DNA of 64,000 nt. Source: the human T2T-CHM13v2.0 reference genome, Homo sapiens. The stretch is taken from NCBI RefSeq assembly GCF_009914755.1, contig NC_060927.1; one strand, given 5' to 3'. A program made the translations under genes and the position numbers. Positions 12,581 through 26,920 of this stretch are shown here, piece after piece (the stretch's first letter is position 1; every line of letters starts with the position of its first letter). The notes below the pieces were generated by a model. That model was not told the DNA's origin. It saw nothing but the letters and a program-made list of their open reading frames with translations, and searched no databases.

Positions 12581-13329
12581 GTAACAAGTGACTAAATCAC
12601 ATCTCGGTGGCTCCACACAGGTCCTGCCCCTGCCCAGGGCACAGTCTGTGGTTTCACCAACTCCAGCTGGGGAGGCGAGAGGATACAGAGAGGCATTAAG
12701 AGCAAATAAACAAACTCACTTATAAAGGAGACATCGTCCCTCAGCCAGAGCCTCAGCCCCATACCTGACAAGACTAGTCGGGCTCAAGGACGGAAGGAGA
12801 CCTGGGGCCTCCATCCCAGCCCTGCCTGCTGCAGGGATGCATGCCCCTCCAGCATCCCAGGCGGTGCCATCTGAGCCCCAGCACCTTCAGTGATGCAGAG
12901 TTTATGTCCTCACCGGGCCCCAGGGGAGACCATTAGGAAGCTTCCTCCACAGGAGGAGCTGGGCTCCACCTCCTGCCATGCGCAGACGAGGGGCTTCATC
13001 CAAGTAACTGGTCCCTGTGGCTCAGGGCAGGAACTGGGGAGGCAGGGCTGCCTCCTCCCCAAGCTCAGGGGATGCCACGAGGGAGGAGGTTATTCAGTGT
13101 GATTCCTACGTGTGTCCCCTTCATCCAGCACATGGGGTGTGTGGCAAACCCTGGACAAGGGGACACAAGACGCATGCAGCTACAGCCTGGCGGCAGGATC
13201 AGGCCCGAGCACTGATGACGACTGAGGCATACACAGTTGGATCCACTGTCTGGCATCCAGCCCCTCTTATCCCTGAACCTCCTCCCCACTGTTGGTCCAC
13301 GTGACTCCGCTAGGTGTCCCCCTGTCCGT

Positions 13330-13640
13330 TCTCAGCACCCTCTAGGTCCAGGGATGTGCACGTGATCCAGCCTGGCCAATCAGAGCATAAATCCCTCTGT
13401 TCTTCATAGTGATTGGCTTAGAGATGGGCTTGTAACCTGAGTCAGGCCAATGAGAGTCAGCCCTGGCGCTTTTGCAGATCTGAAAAAGAGACCTCTTCCT
13501 GCTGGGGCCACTGAACTAACTGGCTGTGAGCCTGGGGTTCCTGGTGCCTATCGTGTTATACTGTAAGAGCAAACTTTCCCAAGAATGAAGAAGCAGGGCT
13601 GAGGGATGAAGAGAGAGAGAGAACCGTGACATCCGATCAG
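13330..13640 (+). mobile_element. LTR16-family (ERVL) LTR fragment
   Basis: cacgtgatccagcctggccaatcagagcat...agtgattggcttagagatggg...ggccaatgagagtc. Confidence 0.7.
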
Positions 13641-14759
13641 GGTCCTCACTGATACACCGATGGTAGCAGGTGGCACCTCGTATCACAGTGGAGAAGCCGG
13701 TGCTGTGGGAGTTCTAGGATGGAAGGCACTTGTGGCAGGGAGATCATGGAAGAGGCAGGGACTGCACCAGGCCTTGAAGGATGAGAAAGTTAACACAGGA
13801 AGATGAGTGATCAGGCATTCCAGATGGAAGGCGAAGGCAAGGCTTGCAGGGGCTGACCTTGAAAAGAAGGATTTCACTTCCACCCCTCTCCCGGAGCCAC
13901 CTGGAAGTCCCATCCCTGCTCTAGACTCCCTCCCCCAATCATATACAAAACACAAACCACAGAGGCTGGCGAGATGCAGAGTGATGTCTGAGCCCCTTTA
14001 ATTTTGTTCCTTTCTGACAGGAAGATCTGTGTCCACTCAACCTCTCTCTCCTCCTGACACCCCCCACCTGGTGCCAGACCCTGCACTAAGTACTGTTCGT
14101 GGATCAGCCTGTGAGACTGCTTCCACCATTCCCCTCATAATACAGTTGTGGAAACTGAGGACAGATAAATCAGGAGTATGGCCTGTTCCTGGCCATACTA
14201 CTGGACAGAGGGCTGCAGGGCTCAAACTCAGGCTGACAGGCTCCAGCAGCCACGAGCTCCGGGATCTTCTCCCACTGAGCACTGTGTGACCTGCCGAGAG
14301 CACCTGACCCTTCTGGGCCTCCACTGGGAATTCAGGGAAGATCAATAGTTGAGTTCAATTGTTACCTCCCCAGGCAAGGGATACATTTCGATGGACCATG
14401 GACACAGACTGAACCAGCTGCAGGCCACACACTGAGAGAGGAGCCCAGCAAGTGCTCCTAAGCTTGTGGCTGTGGCTGCGGTTTTGTTCGGTGGTGATCA
14501 TGACCATTTGTTGGAGCCACACCTGGGCAAACGCTATTGCACCGAGAGCCCCCCTCCTCTCCACCTTGCTTCTGGTTTACTGCAGTTTAATAACAATGCT
14601 CCACAAGTCAACCAGCCCAAGAATCTACCTCCATCTCTGCCTGTGGGTGGACCCCAGGCTGCGATGTGTAGTCTGGTCCACAGTATACACTGTCTTTCCC
14701 AGAGGTGAGCCTGGCATGGTCCCCGTCGTTCCTGAAGGCCCCAGGGAGTTGGAAAGGTG

Positions 14760-14930
14760 TGGTCAATCCCCGACCCCCACCTCCCAGGGCATCTCTGAGG
14801 AACCTGTGAAAAATGCACATTCTCGGGTCTACCCAGACCTCCCAAGCAGAAACCCTGAGGTGGGGCCCAGCCATCTGGGATTTAACCAGCCTTGGCGATG
14901 CTGGTGTGCGCTCCTTTAGGGAAGTGCTGG
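14760..14930. mobile_element. MER5A-like hAT-Charlie MITE
   Basis: aaaaatgcacattctcggg...cccagacct...gaggtggggcccagccatctg. Confidence 0.75.
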
Positions 14931-15965
14931 CTTCGTGGAAACAGCAGCACCGGGGGCTGATGGACAGAGCTAAGAACATTTGAGACATGTGTTTCCTACT
15001 TAATGCATACCCAGCGCCTCCTCAGAGGCCGAGTTGCTTCCTGCTCAGTGATAATCATTGCCACTCCCCCCTCCTTTCCCAGCCATCTGGGGCCTTTTCC
15101 GCCACTCCATGACACTGGGTGGCTCGGTGGGGACGCTGAGGACGCAATCACCAGCCTTTTAGGAACTGGCGCTTGTAAAAGAGGTGGGGACGTCCTTCCT
15201 CAGAGGATGCTGAGCACGCCTGTCGGGACGGGCAATTTGCAGAGGGCTCCAGATGCAGCAGGACAATGGAGGCTGATTGGCAGGGAGCGGGCGGGGCAGC
15301 TTTTATTCCACAGCCCCACGCAAAAGCGCTGAGCCAGCTGCAGAGGAGAGAGGCCTGGGAAGGATGAGGCTGAGGGAGGGGCGGCGAGATTCACGTGAGA
15401 CCTCATGCATTCACTGATTTATTCACACATGCCTGCATTCCCTCATTTGGAAGGCATCATGATGGGGTGGGAAGAACCCTCTGAGTCGTCCAAGCTCCAT
15501 GGCTTCAATCCTGGCTCCTGCACATCCTTGGTTCCTCCTGCCTCAGTATCCGCATCTGTGATCTGGGCTGCTATGAGGCAGAGAAAGGACCCCATGGGTG
15601 AAAATGCCCAGCACCCTCCCTGGCTCTTCATAGGTCCCAAGTGTAGACTCAGCTTTCCTATCCCCTCTTTTTCTTCTCATTCATTCAGACACGTATTGAG
15701 CACCTAGTGTGTACCAAGATCTGACCTGGGCAGTGGGAGGCACAGGTAAGACCTCCAGGCTACGCCCTAGCTCTTGGGGAGCTCACAGTCTTGGAGGTGG
15801 GGCATGTGGGGGACAGGCCTCTAAGTGATCTCAGGGCAGGGTCAGTGTTGTGAGAACCATCCATTCATTTATTCACTCATTCCTTTGCTTATTCACTCAA
15901 CAAAATTTACTCTGTCACCATACACTGGGCCGTGTAGGGCACACGCCCTTCCCAGAAGGGATTCG

Positions 15966-17962
<1,997 letters not shown>

Positions 17963-18164
17963 GGTCTATAAAGAAAAGAAAAGCCAGTAAGAATCAGGAG
18001 GGTCAAGAGGAGGGTGAGGGTTTCCACTAAAATAGGAGGATGGAGAGGGCCTCACTGAGAAGGGGGTGAGGGAGGGAGCCAAGGAGATACCTGGAGAAGA
18101 GTGTCTGAGGCAGAGGAAACAGCAGTGGAAAGGCTCTGAGCTAGGGGAAAATGGATGGCTAAAA

Positions 18165-18475
18165 ATAACATTATACAATGTGAAAGAAGCCAGTCACACA
18201 AGGCCAGTGTATATGGTTCCATTTGTATGGAGAGTCCAGAATGGGCAATTCACTAGAAAAAAGAAAGTAAATTCAAGGTTACCAGGGACTTAGGGGAAGA
18301 GGAAGTGGGAAATGACTGCTACTGGGTATACGGTTTCTTTCTGGATGATGAAAATGTCCTAAAACCGACTGTGAAATGGATTCACAACTCTGTGAATACA
18401 CTAACATCCACGGAATGATACACTTTAAATGAATGAACTTTACAGTATGTAAATTCCAGTAAAGCTGTTACAAAA
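18165..18475 (+). mobile_element. L1MB-like 3' end nested in a minus-strand L2
   Basis: tgaaagaagccagtcacacaaggcc...gtccagaatgggcaa...cactttaaatgaatgaac. Confidence 0.8.
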
Positions 18476-19550
18476 TAACTTTGTCATATGTCAGGTAGCG
18501 ATCAGTTCCAGAAAAGACATTGGGATAAGAGGACTTTCGGGGGATGGGGGGAACAGGCCGGGTGTCCCCAAAGAGGTGATATTTAAGCAGAGACCTGGGC
18601 TGAGCTACAGGTCCAGGAATAGGGTGGTGGCTAGACTAGCCTGTCCCGCACCTGCCACCTGGGGCACCACTGAGTGTAGCCCTGGGGGCCATAGCCCCTG
18701 GAGAGGGGTGAGGAGAGGCAAGTGAGACCTTCGGGGAAGTTGAGGCCACAGTGAGGCACATCGGCTATATCAGGGTCCACTAGGGGCACCAGAATATAGC
18801 TGGTGGGGCATGGGCAAATGAGGTTTCGGGTGTGCCGGATTGCATTTTATGAGAATTTGACAAATTTAAATCAGCAAGAGTTGCAACATCTCAAAGCTGG
18901 TAGGAAAAATGGTTTTTAGGCTCAGGCTACTTTCGAAAGAGTGAAGGTGGTGCTGCTCAGGGCTTACAGGCAATGGTGGACTCCTCCCCCGAGCTGGGTG
19001 TCCCCGGGTGCATCTGTGGCCCTCAGAAGCGCCCACCTCACTCAGGCTGGCAGAGCGCGGTGGCCATGGAAACGCAAGCCAGAGTGTGCAAGAATCAAAC
19101 AGACAGAAGTAAAAGGACCTTACCTATTGCCCGGGGCTGGGGCTCCCTCCTTCATTCTGGGTTTTAGGAAAACAGCCATCATTATTTCCTAAAAGGTGCC
19201 CCCTACTCCCCGCCAACCCGGGACAACTTCACATGCCAGGAAAGCCCTCTCTACCTCAAAGCAGTCCCTGTTCAAGCCCCTACCCCCAGCTCCTCTCTCT
19301 GTGAAACCACAGCCATCAGTGAAGGGGGCAGTTGCACCTCAGCACCCCGGCAGAGGGCACGGCATCTGCAAAGGCCCCAAGGGAGCAGTGTGCCTGGTGT
19401 GATCCAGGAACAAGGAATCAGGGTGGCTGGAACAGAGGGAGGCTGCTGAGGGGAGTGTGGATTTTCTGCTAAGCGCAGCGAGGAGCCATGGGAGGGCTTC
19501 AAGCCTGACAGTGACACGATGCGACTTCTGTTTTTAAAAGCACCCTTCTA

Positions 19551-19769
19551 GGCTGGGCGCGGTGGCTCACGCCTGTAATCCCAGCACTTTGGGAGGCCGA
19601 GGTGGGTGGATCATGAGGTCAGAAGATTGAGACCATCCTGGCTAACATGGTGAAACCCCATCTCTACTAAAAATACAAAAAATTAGCCGGGCATGGTGGC
19701 GGGCGTCTCCAATGAGCCGAGATTGAGCCACTGCACTCCAGCCTGGGAGACAGGGTGAGATTCCATCTC

Positions 19770-19806
<37 letters not shown>
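19551..19806 (+). mobile_element. Alu (Y/Sc-like) with ~60-bp right-arm deletion and A36 tail
   Basis: gggcgtctc joins directly to caatgagccgag; TSD gcacccttcta at 19540-19550 and 19808-19818. Confidence 0.9.
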
Positions 19807-19811
<5 letters not shown>

Positions 19812-20382
19812 CCTTCTACTGTTGAGAGGGCAGAAAGGAACAGAAAGGAAACAAGGAGGTCTGGGAAGGCCCCGGGAAGATGAGCGATGGTGGTGCCTGG
19901 CTAGATGGTGGGCTGGCAGGGAGAGGTGCTCAGGCCCAAGTCTGTCTGGAGGGAGCTCCCGGTTTCCACGACAGATTGCAGTGGGTGGGAGAGGAAGGGG
20001 AGTCAGGCTGGGCTGCAGGCGGAAGGGCTGGGAAGAGACTCAGAGTCCTGTTTTGGCTGTGTCCAGTATGATGTCTGTGGGGCCTCCAGGTAGAAACATG
20101 GAGGAGGCAGCTGGATGGGTAGCAGTGGAGTGGTGAGTGGTACAGGCTGGAGATATAAATTTGGGGCCATCTTTCAATTTTATTGTTTCAGAGATAAACC
20201 CTGATGAAGTCCAGGAATCAATAAACAGAGACTAACACTGGCCTCCTTCCCCATCCAGATCCTGGGAGAGGATTTCACGAGTTAAGTGCTTTGAAACTGA
20301 CTCTGGCCTTGCAGGGGTGGGAGGGAGGGTGTGCAGTGAGCCAGGGGCCCACTCATGAGCCATCGATTAATAAACTCTGCCC

Positions 20383-20676
20383 GCTCATGCCTGTAATCTC
20401 AGCACTTTGGGAGGCTGAGGCAAGTGGATCGCTTGAGCCCAAGAGTTTGAGACCAGCCTGGGCAATGTGGCGAGACCCTGTCTCTACAAAAAATGCAAAA
20501 ATTAGTCAGGCATGGTGATGTGCATCTGTAGTCCTGGCTACTCAGGAGGCTGAGGTGGAAGGATTGCTTGAGCCCAGGAGATCAATGATGGAGCCCAGGA
20601 GTCAGTGATGGAGCCACTGACTCCAGCCTGGGTGATGGAGCAAGAACTTGTCTCAAAATAATAATAATAATAATAA
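20383..20676 (+). mobile_element. AluJ, slightly 5'-truncated, with (TAA)n tail
   Basis: gcttgagcccaag; near-TSD aataa(a/c)ctctgcc. Confidence 0.9.
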
Positions 20677-22239
20677 ATAACCTCTGCCTTCCATGCGAAC
20701 AAACACCCATCCTAGAGCCTGAGACTGGGATGGGCTGGGGAGCGGAGGCCTGGGCCCAGCCCCATGTTGGGGCTGCCGGGGTTGGTGTTGGTGGGGGGCT
20801 GGATTAGAGGCTGGATTTCCTCACCCGTGTGGTTTGGGCCCATGGTTTCCTTCTCTGAGCTTCTGTTTGCTCATCTGAGTAATAGGCGTGAAAACCTGTG
20901 CTTCACGGGGGTCTGGCAGGAGGAAAGGAGCAGGTGTGAGCCCATGGTTCTCCACAGCACTGTCCTTCCCCGGTCGGGTGGGGATTGGGGATTTGAAGAT
21001 ATTTATTGGTAACCACGGAGCTCCCCTCACGTCACATGCTCCCACTGTCAACTGCAGGCCACAGGTCCCACCCTCCAGGCCTTTGCATGTGCAGCCTTCC
21101 CTGCTTGGATGCCCTCCCTGGCACTCCACTGTCAGCAGACTTGCTTGCTTGCCACTAAAATGTAAGCTCCAGGAGGCGGGTACTGAGCACAGCTCGTTCA
21201 CGGCTGCACCCCTGGTGCTGAGGGCTGTGCCTGCCACGGCCCACATATTACTGCATTTAGTCCTTACAACCACCCTGGGAGGTCGGAAGTTTCCAGATGA
21301 GAAAACTGAGAGCTGAAGACAATTGGCACCTTGTCCAGCTCAGCCCCGTCAGAGGTGGCAGAGAGGGGCTCAGATCAGGTGCTTGGTGCCCCCCTACCTC
21401 AACCTGTGGGCTGGATGTCGGAAGGGACTCTGACTTCTGCGCAGGGATGCAGCTTGCTCCCATGCTCTGAAGTAGAGCCAGGGCCCCAGGGCTCTGCCCC
21501 AGCCCCTCCCTGGCCCATGTCCCCGGCTGGCCCCAGGCAGGTCAGTTCAGGGAAGGGGCCTGCATCGAACTCTCGCCACCTCCCTAAGCCAGAGCTGTCT
21601 GCTTGCTCAGATATCATCAGCTTCCCATTAAGCAGATCAATAGCTTCCACTGGTTTCCAATTTGTGTTTCCAGAAATTCATCTCCCAGCCACCTTTTTAA
21701 TTAACCGCCCCCGCCAACACACCCGAGGCACCAATAGATCACCCTCTCCCCTCCACCTCTGTGGACCACAGACCACTAGCTCCACCAGCCTCGGGGGAGT
21801 GGCAGGTGTGTTTAAAGCTGTATGATCACCATCCTCAGTCACTGGAAGAGCTGGCCGTGCTGCCTGGATGCCATCCACACCTGTCCCCGAGGAAGGGGCT
21901 GGGCCCTTCACCATGAGGAAAACCAAGAATCAGGGAGGCCAAGCAGCAGCTGGCAAGAGCCAGAGCCGAGTGTGCCATTGGGGTGGGCAATTTGCAGGAT
22001 GAGCTTCACATGCAGCACGCACTGGGGGTCTGGCTGGCAGGGGAGCGGGGCTGGCAGCTGTGATTTCAGAGCAGGGGAAGGTTGGAGGCCTGACCCCCAG
22101 AGGGTGCGCCTCCTACCCCTGGGAGCTCCCCGGTATTCCATGTTGCCTACCACCCTACGAGGGCAGGGGCTGTGTCTGCCTCCATCACTGCTCTCTCCCC
22201 AGCGTGCGGCACATAGTAGGTGCTCAGTAAGTCACTAAA

Positions 22240-22460
22240 TGAGCAGCAATATTTGCCAAAACTTAGGACATTACCTTTGTGCCAGGTATTCTTCTATTTA
22301 ATCTTCACGGCACTCCCTGAGGTGGGTGCTACTAGTATCTTCATTTTATAGATGGGAAAACTCAGGCACAGAGAGTTTCAATGACTTGCCCAAGGTCACA
22401 CAACTAGTTAGTCATGGAGCTGAGATTCGAACCCAGGCCATCTGTCTCTAGAGCTGTTGC
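22240..22460 (-). mobile_element. MIR, near full length
   Basis: cattttatagatgggaaaactcaggcacagagag...gacttgcccaaggtcacacaactag...gattcgaacccagg. Confidence 0.9.
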
Positions 22461-23249
22461 TACTAATCGCCCCACTCTTCCTTACCTGCTCCCCATGGCC
22501 TGTCAGCTCCGATGGGCAAGGACTGGGTCCTGTGCCTGGTGTAACTTCTGTCACACACAAACATAGCATGTTTGCTGAGTGAATAAATGGCGACTTCTGC
22601 ACTCCCTGCTTCCCAAAACAACCTAGTTGACCAGTCTGTTGGGGCAAATCTGGAGTATTTCATCTGGAAATGAAGGGAAGAGATGGGGTGAGTCCCCTGG
22701 GTGACCCTGGGGTGACAAGCCTCCCAGTGAGTACACTGCTGGGGCCAACATTAGGGACCCTCTAATTCCACTTCCATCTTCCTTTTCACCCATCCCTTAC
22801 ATTTCTGGGCTCTCTGTAGTCTATACAAAAATACATTCACAGCCATGATGTTGTTATTCTGCGGACTCTTGCAGCTTTCCAGCCAGGCAAGTAGATTTCC
22901 ACCGCTGACCCAGCACTCGGAACAGGGACCACCTGGGTGCCATCCTCTTTCCCCTGTGCACGCTGGGGCCACATCTTAGCAGTTTCATCTCCAAGTCTCC
23001 CTCCCCCACCTCTCCCCCTCCGGTGGCCCTGGCTCCGGACTCAGCTGCTCTCACGGGACCCCAGGTGCAGGGCCCATCATGGCCCCTTCCTCTTCACCCC
23101 TCACTCCGGCCACTAGCGGACGCTAACCCAACAACCAACTAGGTCCTGCCTGGCCCCTGACCCATGTGAGGGGCTGTAGGAGCCAGGTCTGCAGGGGTTG
23201 GTCGGGGGGTGAAACAAGCAGCGTGTGCTGCGGCAGGACCAGGATGAAG

Positions 23250-24409
23250 ATCATGGCTCTCTTCTAACCAGGAAGGAACCAGCCCAGGGCTGCTAGATTT
23301 TCTCAGCTGTGGAGAGAAGACGAAGCCCAGTGTTTAACCTGAAATCTTCCGGTTTGCCAATGCTAGTAGTTGATTACATGATCACATTTAAAAAGTCATT
23401 TTACTTTTAAAACACATGCTGCAGGCCAGGGGCAGTCTGTCGGCTGCTAGTTTGTGACTTCTGCCCCGTGCAGTGTGAACTCTCTGGCTCGGCATTCAAG
23501 GTCTTTCATGGTCTGGCCCCTTTGAGCCCACAAGGAACCTCTACACGGGACAACACTTCTGTGTCTCCAACACCCTCTACTCAGAACAGCACTGTTCCTC
23601 TAGGAAGTGGGCCCTGATCCCCTCCCCTCCAGGGGACTCTACCACTCTCTACTTCACACCCATCTGGTCTCCTGACCAGGCCTCCACAGCCAGGGGCAGA
23701 GCGAGGCCTGGAGTCCAGGGTCCTGGCCACACATCCCAGGGTTCTCCCGCTGTCCTCTGGGATGGCCAGCAGACAGATGCCGCTCAGGGACAGCCACCCG
23801 CTCCCACCAGTCCCACCCCTGCCGGCAGGGACAGAACCTCTGGCTTTGAGAAAACCAAGAAAAATCAGGGGCATGGTGAATCCTGAAAAACACGTGGAAG
23901 CTGGCAGTTGCATTTTAAAATATTACCCAGTTAACAAAATCAACAGCCTCCATGCACACACACACACTCTCCTTCCCTCCACTGCCCCTCCATCCCCTCC
24001 TCTCTGTATCACGGGCATCTAAGAGTCCCCCTAGAGCCATTCTCCCTCCTCTAGCCTCAGCAGGGCCCATGACTGACCAGTGAAAGACTGCATTTCCCAG
24101 CCTCCCTCCTCGTGAAGAGTAGCCATGAGACTGAATTCTGGCCATGGGGATGTGTGCAGCATCTGAGTCACACCCTCTGTCCCCTCTCCATGTGGGGAGG
24201 TGGCAAATCGGCCTCCACCCCTAAGGGATGGCTGGCCTGCAGCATGTGGCTTAAAATTAAAATGATTTTTAAATGTGATCATGTTATCACCTACTAGCAC
24301 TGGCAAATAGAAGATTTCAGGCGAAACGCTGGGCTTTGTCTTCTCTCCATAGCTGAGAAAATCCGGCAGCCCTGGGCTGGTTCCTTCCTGGTTAGAGGAG
24401 CGCTATGAT
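23250..24409. repeat. Inverted repeat: arms 23250-23429 and 24232-24409 (largely MER103-like)
   Basis: Manual alignment gives ~18 substitutions and 2 single-base indels over ~180 bp; cagggctgc..gattt...tgaaatct resembles MER103C. Confidence 0.93.
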
Positions 24410-25759
24410 GGAGGTGGAGCCACCAATAGAGGGAGCCTGGGTTCCTGGGTGACTCTGTGGAGCAGAGCCCCCCAGCTTCCCAGGCTGCCTGCTTCCTCTG
24501 CATTCTGAACAGAGAGAGGAATCCATATCCAGCTACTGCCCAGAAGCCTTCCATAATCTCAGCCTGGGAAAGCTCAACCCATGAAACTAGACTTCTCCAG
24601 GAAGCCTCCCCGTTTCCCCTCCCCTCCCCAGCACCTTCCTGGGCTCCCACTGCCCACACTCCATTGTGACTCTCTACCTCCCCCAGGCCTCAGCCACTGC
24701 CTGCTTGGCAGCTCCTTGGGACCCAGGACCCTGGAGTCCCCTTCTTATTTGGGGACTCAGCTTGAGACCTGGGGTAATCAGAGTCTCTGTTCCGAGCACT
24801 TGCTATATGTCAGGTGTGGTTCTAAGCTCTTTATCTCATGTAATCCTGAGGCCAAGCCCATGAAATTGTACAGATGAGGGAACCTGAGGCCAAGTGACAT
24901 GCCCCGAATCACATAGGAGTAGGAGACAGAGAAGACTTAAACTTAGGCCATCTGGTGTCAGAGCTCCCTGCCCTTAACCCTTAGGCAGCACTGCCTCTCC
25001 ACAGAACAAGGCTGATCCACATTGAGTGGATGAATAATAAATAGTGCATGAATCAATGAATGGGCACTGCCCTCCTCCTGCGGCTCCATGGGTTAGTGCA
25101 GGGCTGAACCCTGAGTACACACTCAAAACATGCTTATAAAGTGAGCAACTGAGCAAACATCCTGGGTGGACGATTGTTTTTGGAAGATATCATCTCTTTG
25201 GAGTTTATGACCTTAAAATCGTTAACATACATTTTTCTATCCAAAATACATCATTTTAAGACTGTTTGAGAAGAGACACCACATGCCAGCTCCACGGCCC
25301 ATTAAAGTTAACCAACTGTGCAGATTTTGTGGGAATGATGAAAATAGTAAAAGACTTGGGTGGTTTTCTAGAATGGCTTAAATCATCATGAAATGCCAAG
25401 GAAAAGTAACAGTGAACTTGTGAGACACCACAAAGCTGGCAGAACCCTGGCCGTATCTCATGGCCCGTGTCCTTTTTGATGTGGAGAAGGCACAGAGTGG
25501 CTCTGGTGACCACCAGGGACAGAAACCTGGGGGCCTCCATCCACTCCCGAGAGATGTCTATAGACTGTAGGATCTGCACAAGAGGTATTCCTGAAACCAG
25601 AAGACCCATGCACAGATGGTCAGGGCAGAGGCTAGAGAAAAACAAAGCCCTTTCCTACTTACAAGCTTTGAGGTCTAGATCCTCTATAAATTATTCAGGC
25701 AAGTTAAGGCAGCGGCCATTGCCAACAGGACCATGCCCCCTGCGGTTGCTATAGTTAAT

Positions 25760-25940
25760 TAAGTGCCTACTATACAGCACGCAGTGTTAGATGCTTCCGA
25801 GATGTTTAATCTTTCCAGTACCAGTTCTGGCAAGTGTCATCTCCATATTACACATGGAGAAACAGGCTCAGAGCGGTTAAGTCACTTGCCCAAGGCCACA
25901 GAGCTGGTAAGTGGCAGATTTCAGATTTCAACCAAGGCTG
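25760..25940 (-). mobile_element. MIR
   Basis: ggagaaacaggctcagagcggttaagtcacttgcccaaggccacagagctggtaagtggcaga. Confidence 0.85.
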
Positions 25941-26379
25941 GTTTCATCATACACATTCCAAGAAGAGGCTTTGCTCAGCACCAAGTTGGAACCCAAAATA
26001 CAACAACAGGTATAATTTCTACTGGCATCATGGTGGTCTATAACCTCTTCCCAGTGGGCCCCATTTCCCTAGGCCCGAGACCCTGGTGGGGACCACTCAA
26101 TTGACCAGCAGAATCCCGCCCCTGGGCCGCTGGGTCTCATGATCCAGTTAAGCCCCAGTGGGCACAGACACGGTGATGCGGTCCTTGCTTCAAAATCAGG
26201 CCAGCCATACATGTCCGGAACGCCCAGCGGCCTGCTCCCTCCCCAGGGCACTTGCTGAGCTCATGCCTGCTGCACACCAGCCTGGCCAGCCATGGCCTGA
26301 GTGAGCTCCGGACTCCAGCCCAGAGGGCGCCGGGGAGCAGCCCCGCATGCTGCCACTCGTATCTTATGGCTATTTACAC

Positions 26380-26920
26380 CTAGCAAACAAAAAAATTATA
26401 AAAAAGCATAAAGGAAAAAAAAGAATCACTCATAACCCCACCGCCTGGAACCCACCAGTCTACCTTTCTGCGAATTTCCCCAGGGGATTGTTTTTCCGTA
26501 ATTGATGTCCACGCTATAGAGTTTTTAGCTTTGCCTTCCACTTTGTTCACTGACCATTATTTCACAAACATTCTTTCCCCTCATTTTTTAAAACCCTAAT
26601 TTCTAACAACGCCCTTATACCCACACATGTGGCTGTAATATAAATCATGACATGAAATCCCTAAGTTTTGTTATTGCTAACATTTTGTGATCATAAAGCA
26701 GTGTGGTGAGGCATTTTCTTATTTTTATCTAGTGGATTTCCTTCAGGAACATTTCAAGAAGCAGAATTATGGGTGGAAACATGTGGCCATTTTTGGGGCT
26801 CTCAGTGCAAGCGCCTGCACTGCCTTCCAGACACCACGTCCCATTTGTATCTCCACCAGCGGCAATGGGCATGCACATTCTATTTTTTTTTTTAGCCACA
26901 TAGCACTCATGTTTCCTCTT
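26380..26920 (-). mobile_element. Degenerate L1ME-like 3' UTR
   Basis: aatcactcataaccccacc and ccatttgtatctccaccagc; AT-rich and decayed. Confidence 0.5.

Noticed and set aside
13330-13460. Clustered CCAAT boxes as a gene promoter (also 61930-62005)
   Set aside because: These are intrinsic LTR16 consensus features.
18777-18790. CTCF-like ccactaggggcacc; also 13663-13677 and 26317-26331
   Set aside because: One base short or mismatched in the 5' core, as expected by chance in GC-rich DNA.
25200-25450. AT-rich block, possibly a conserved element or DNA transposon (also 7090-7165 and 27100-27550)
   Set aside because: Probably decayed repeats; I could not assign a family or function by eye.
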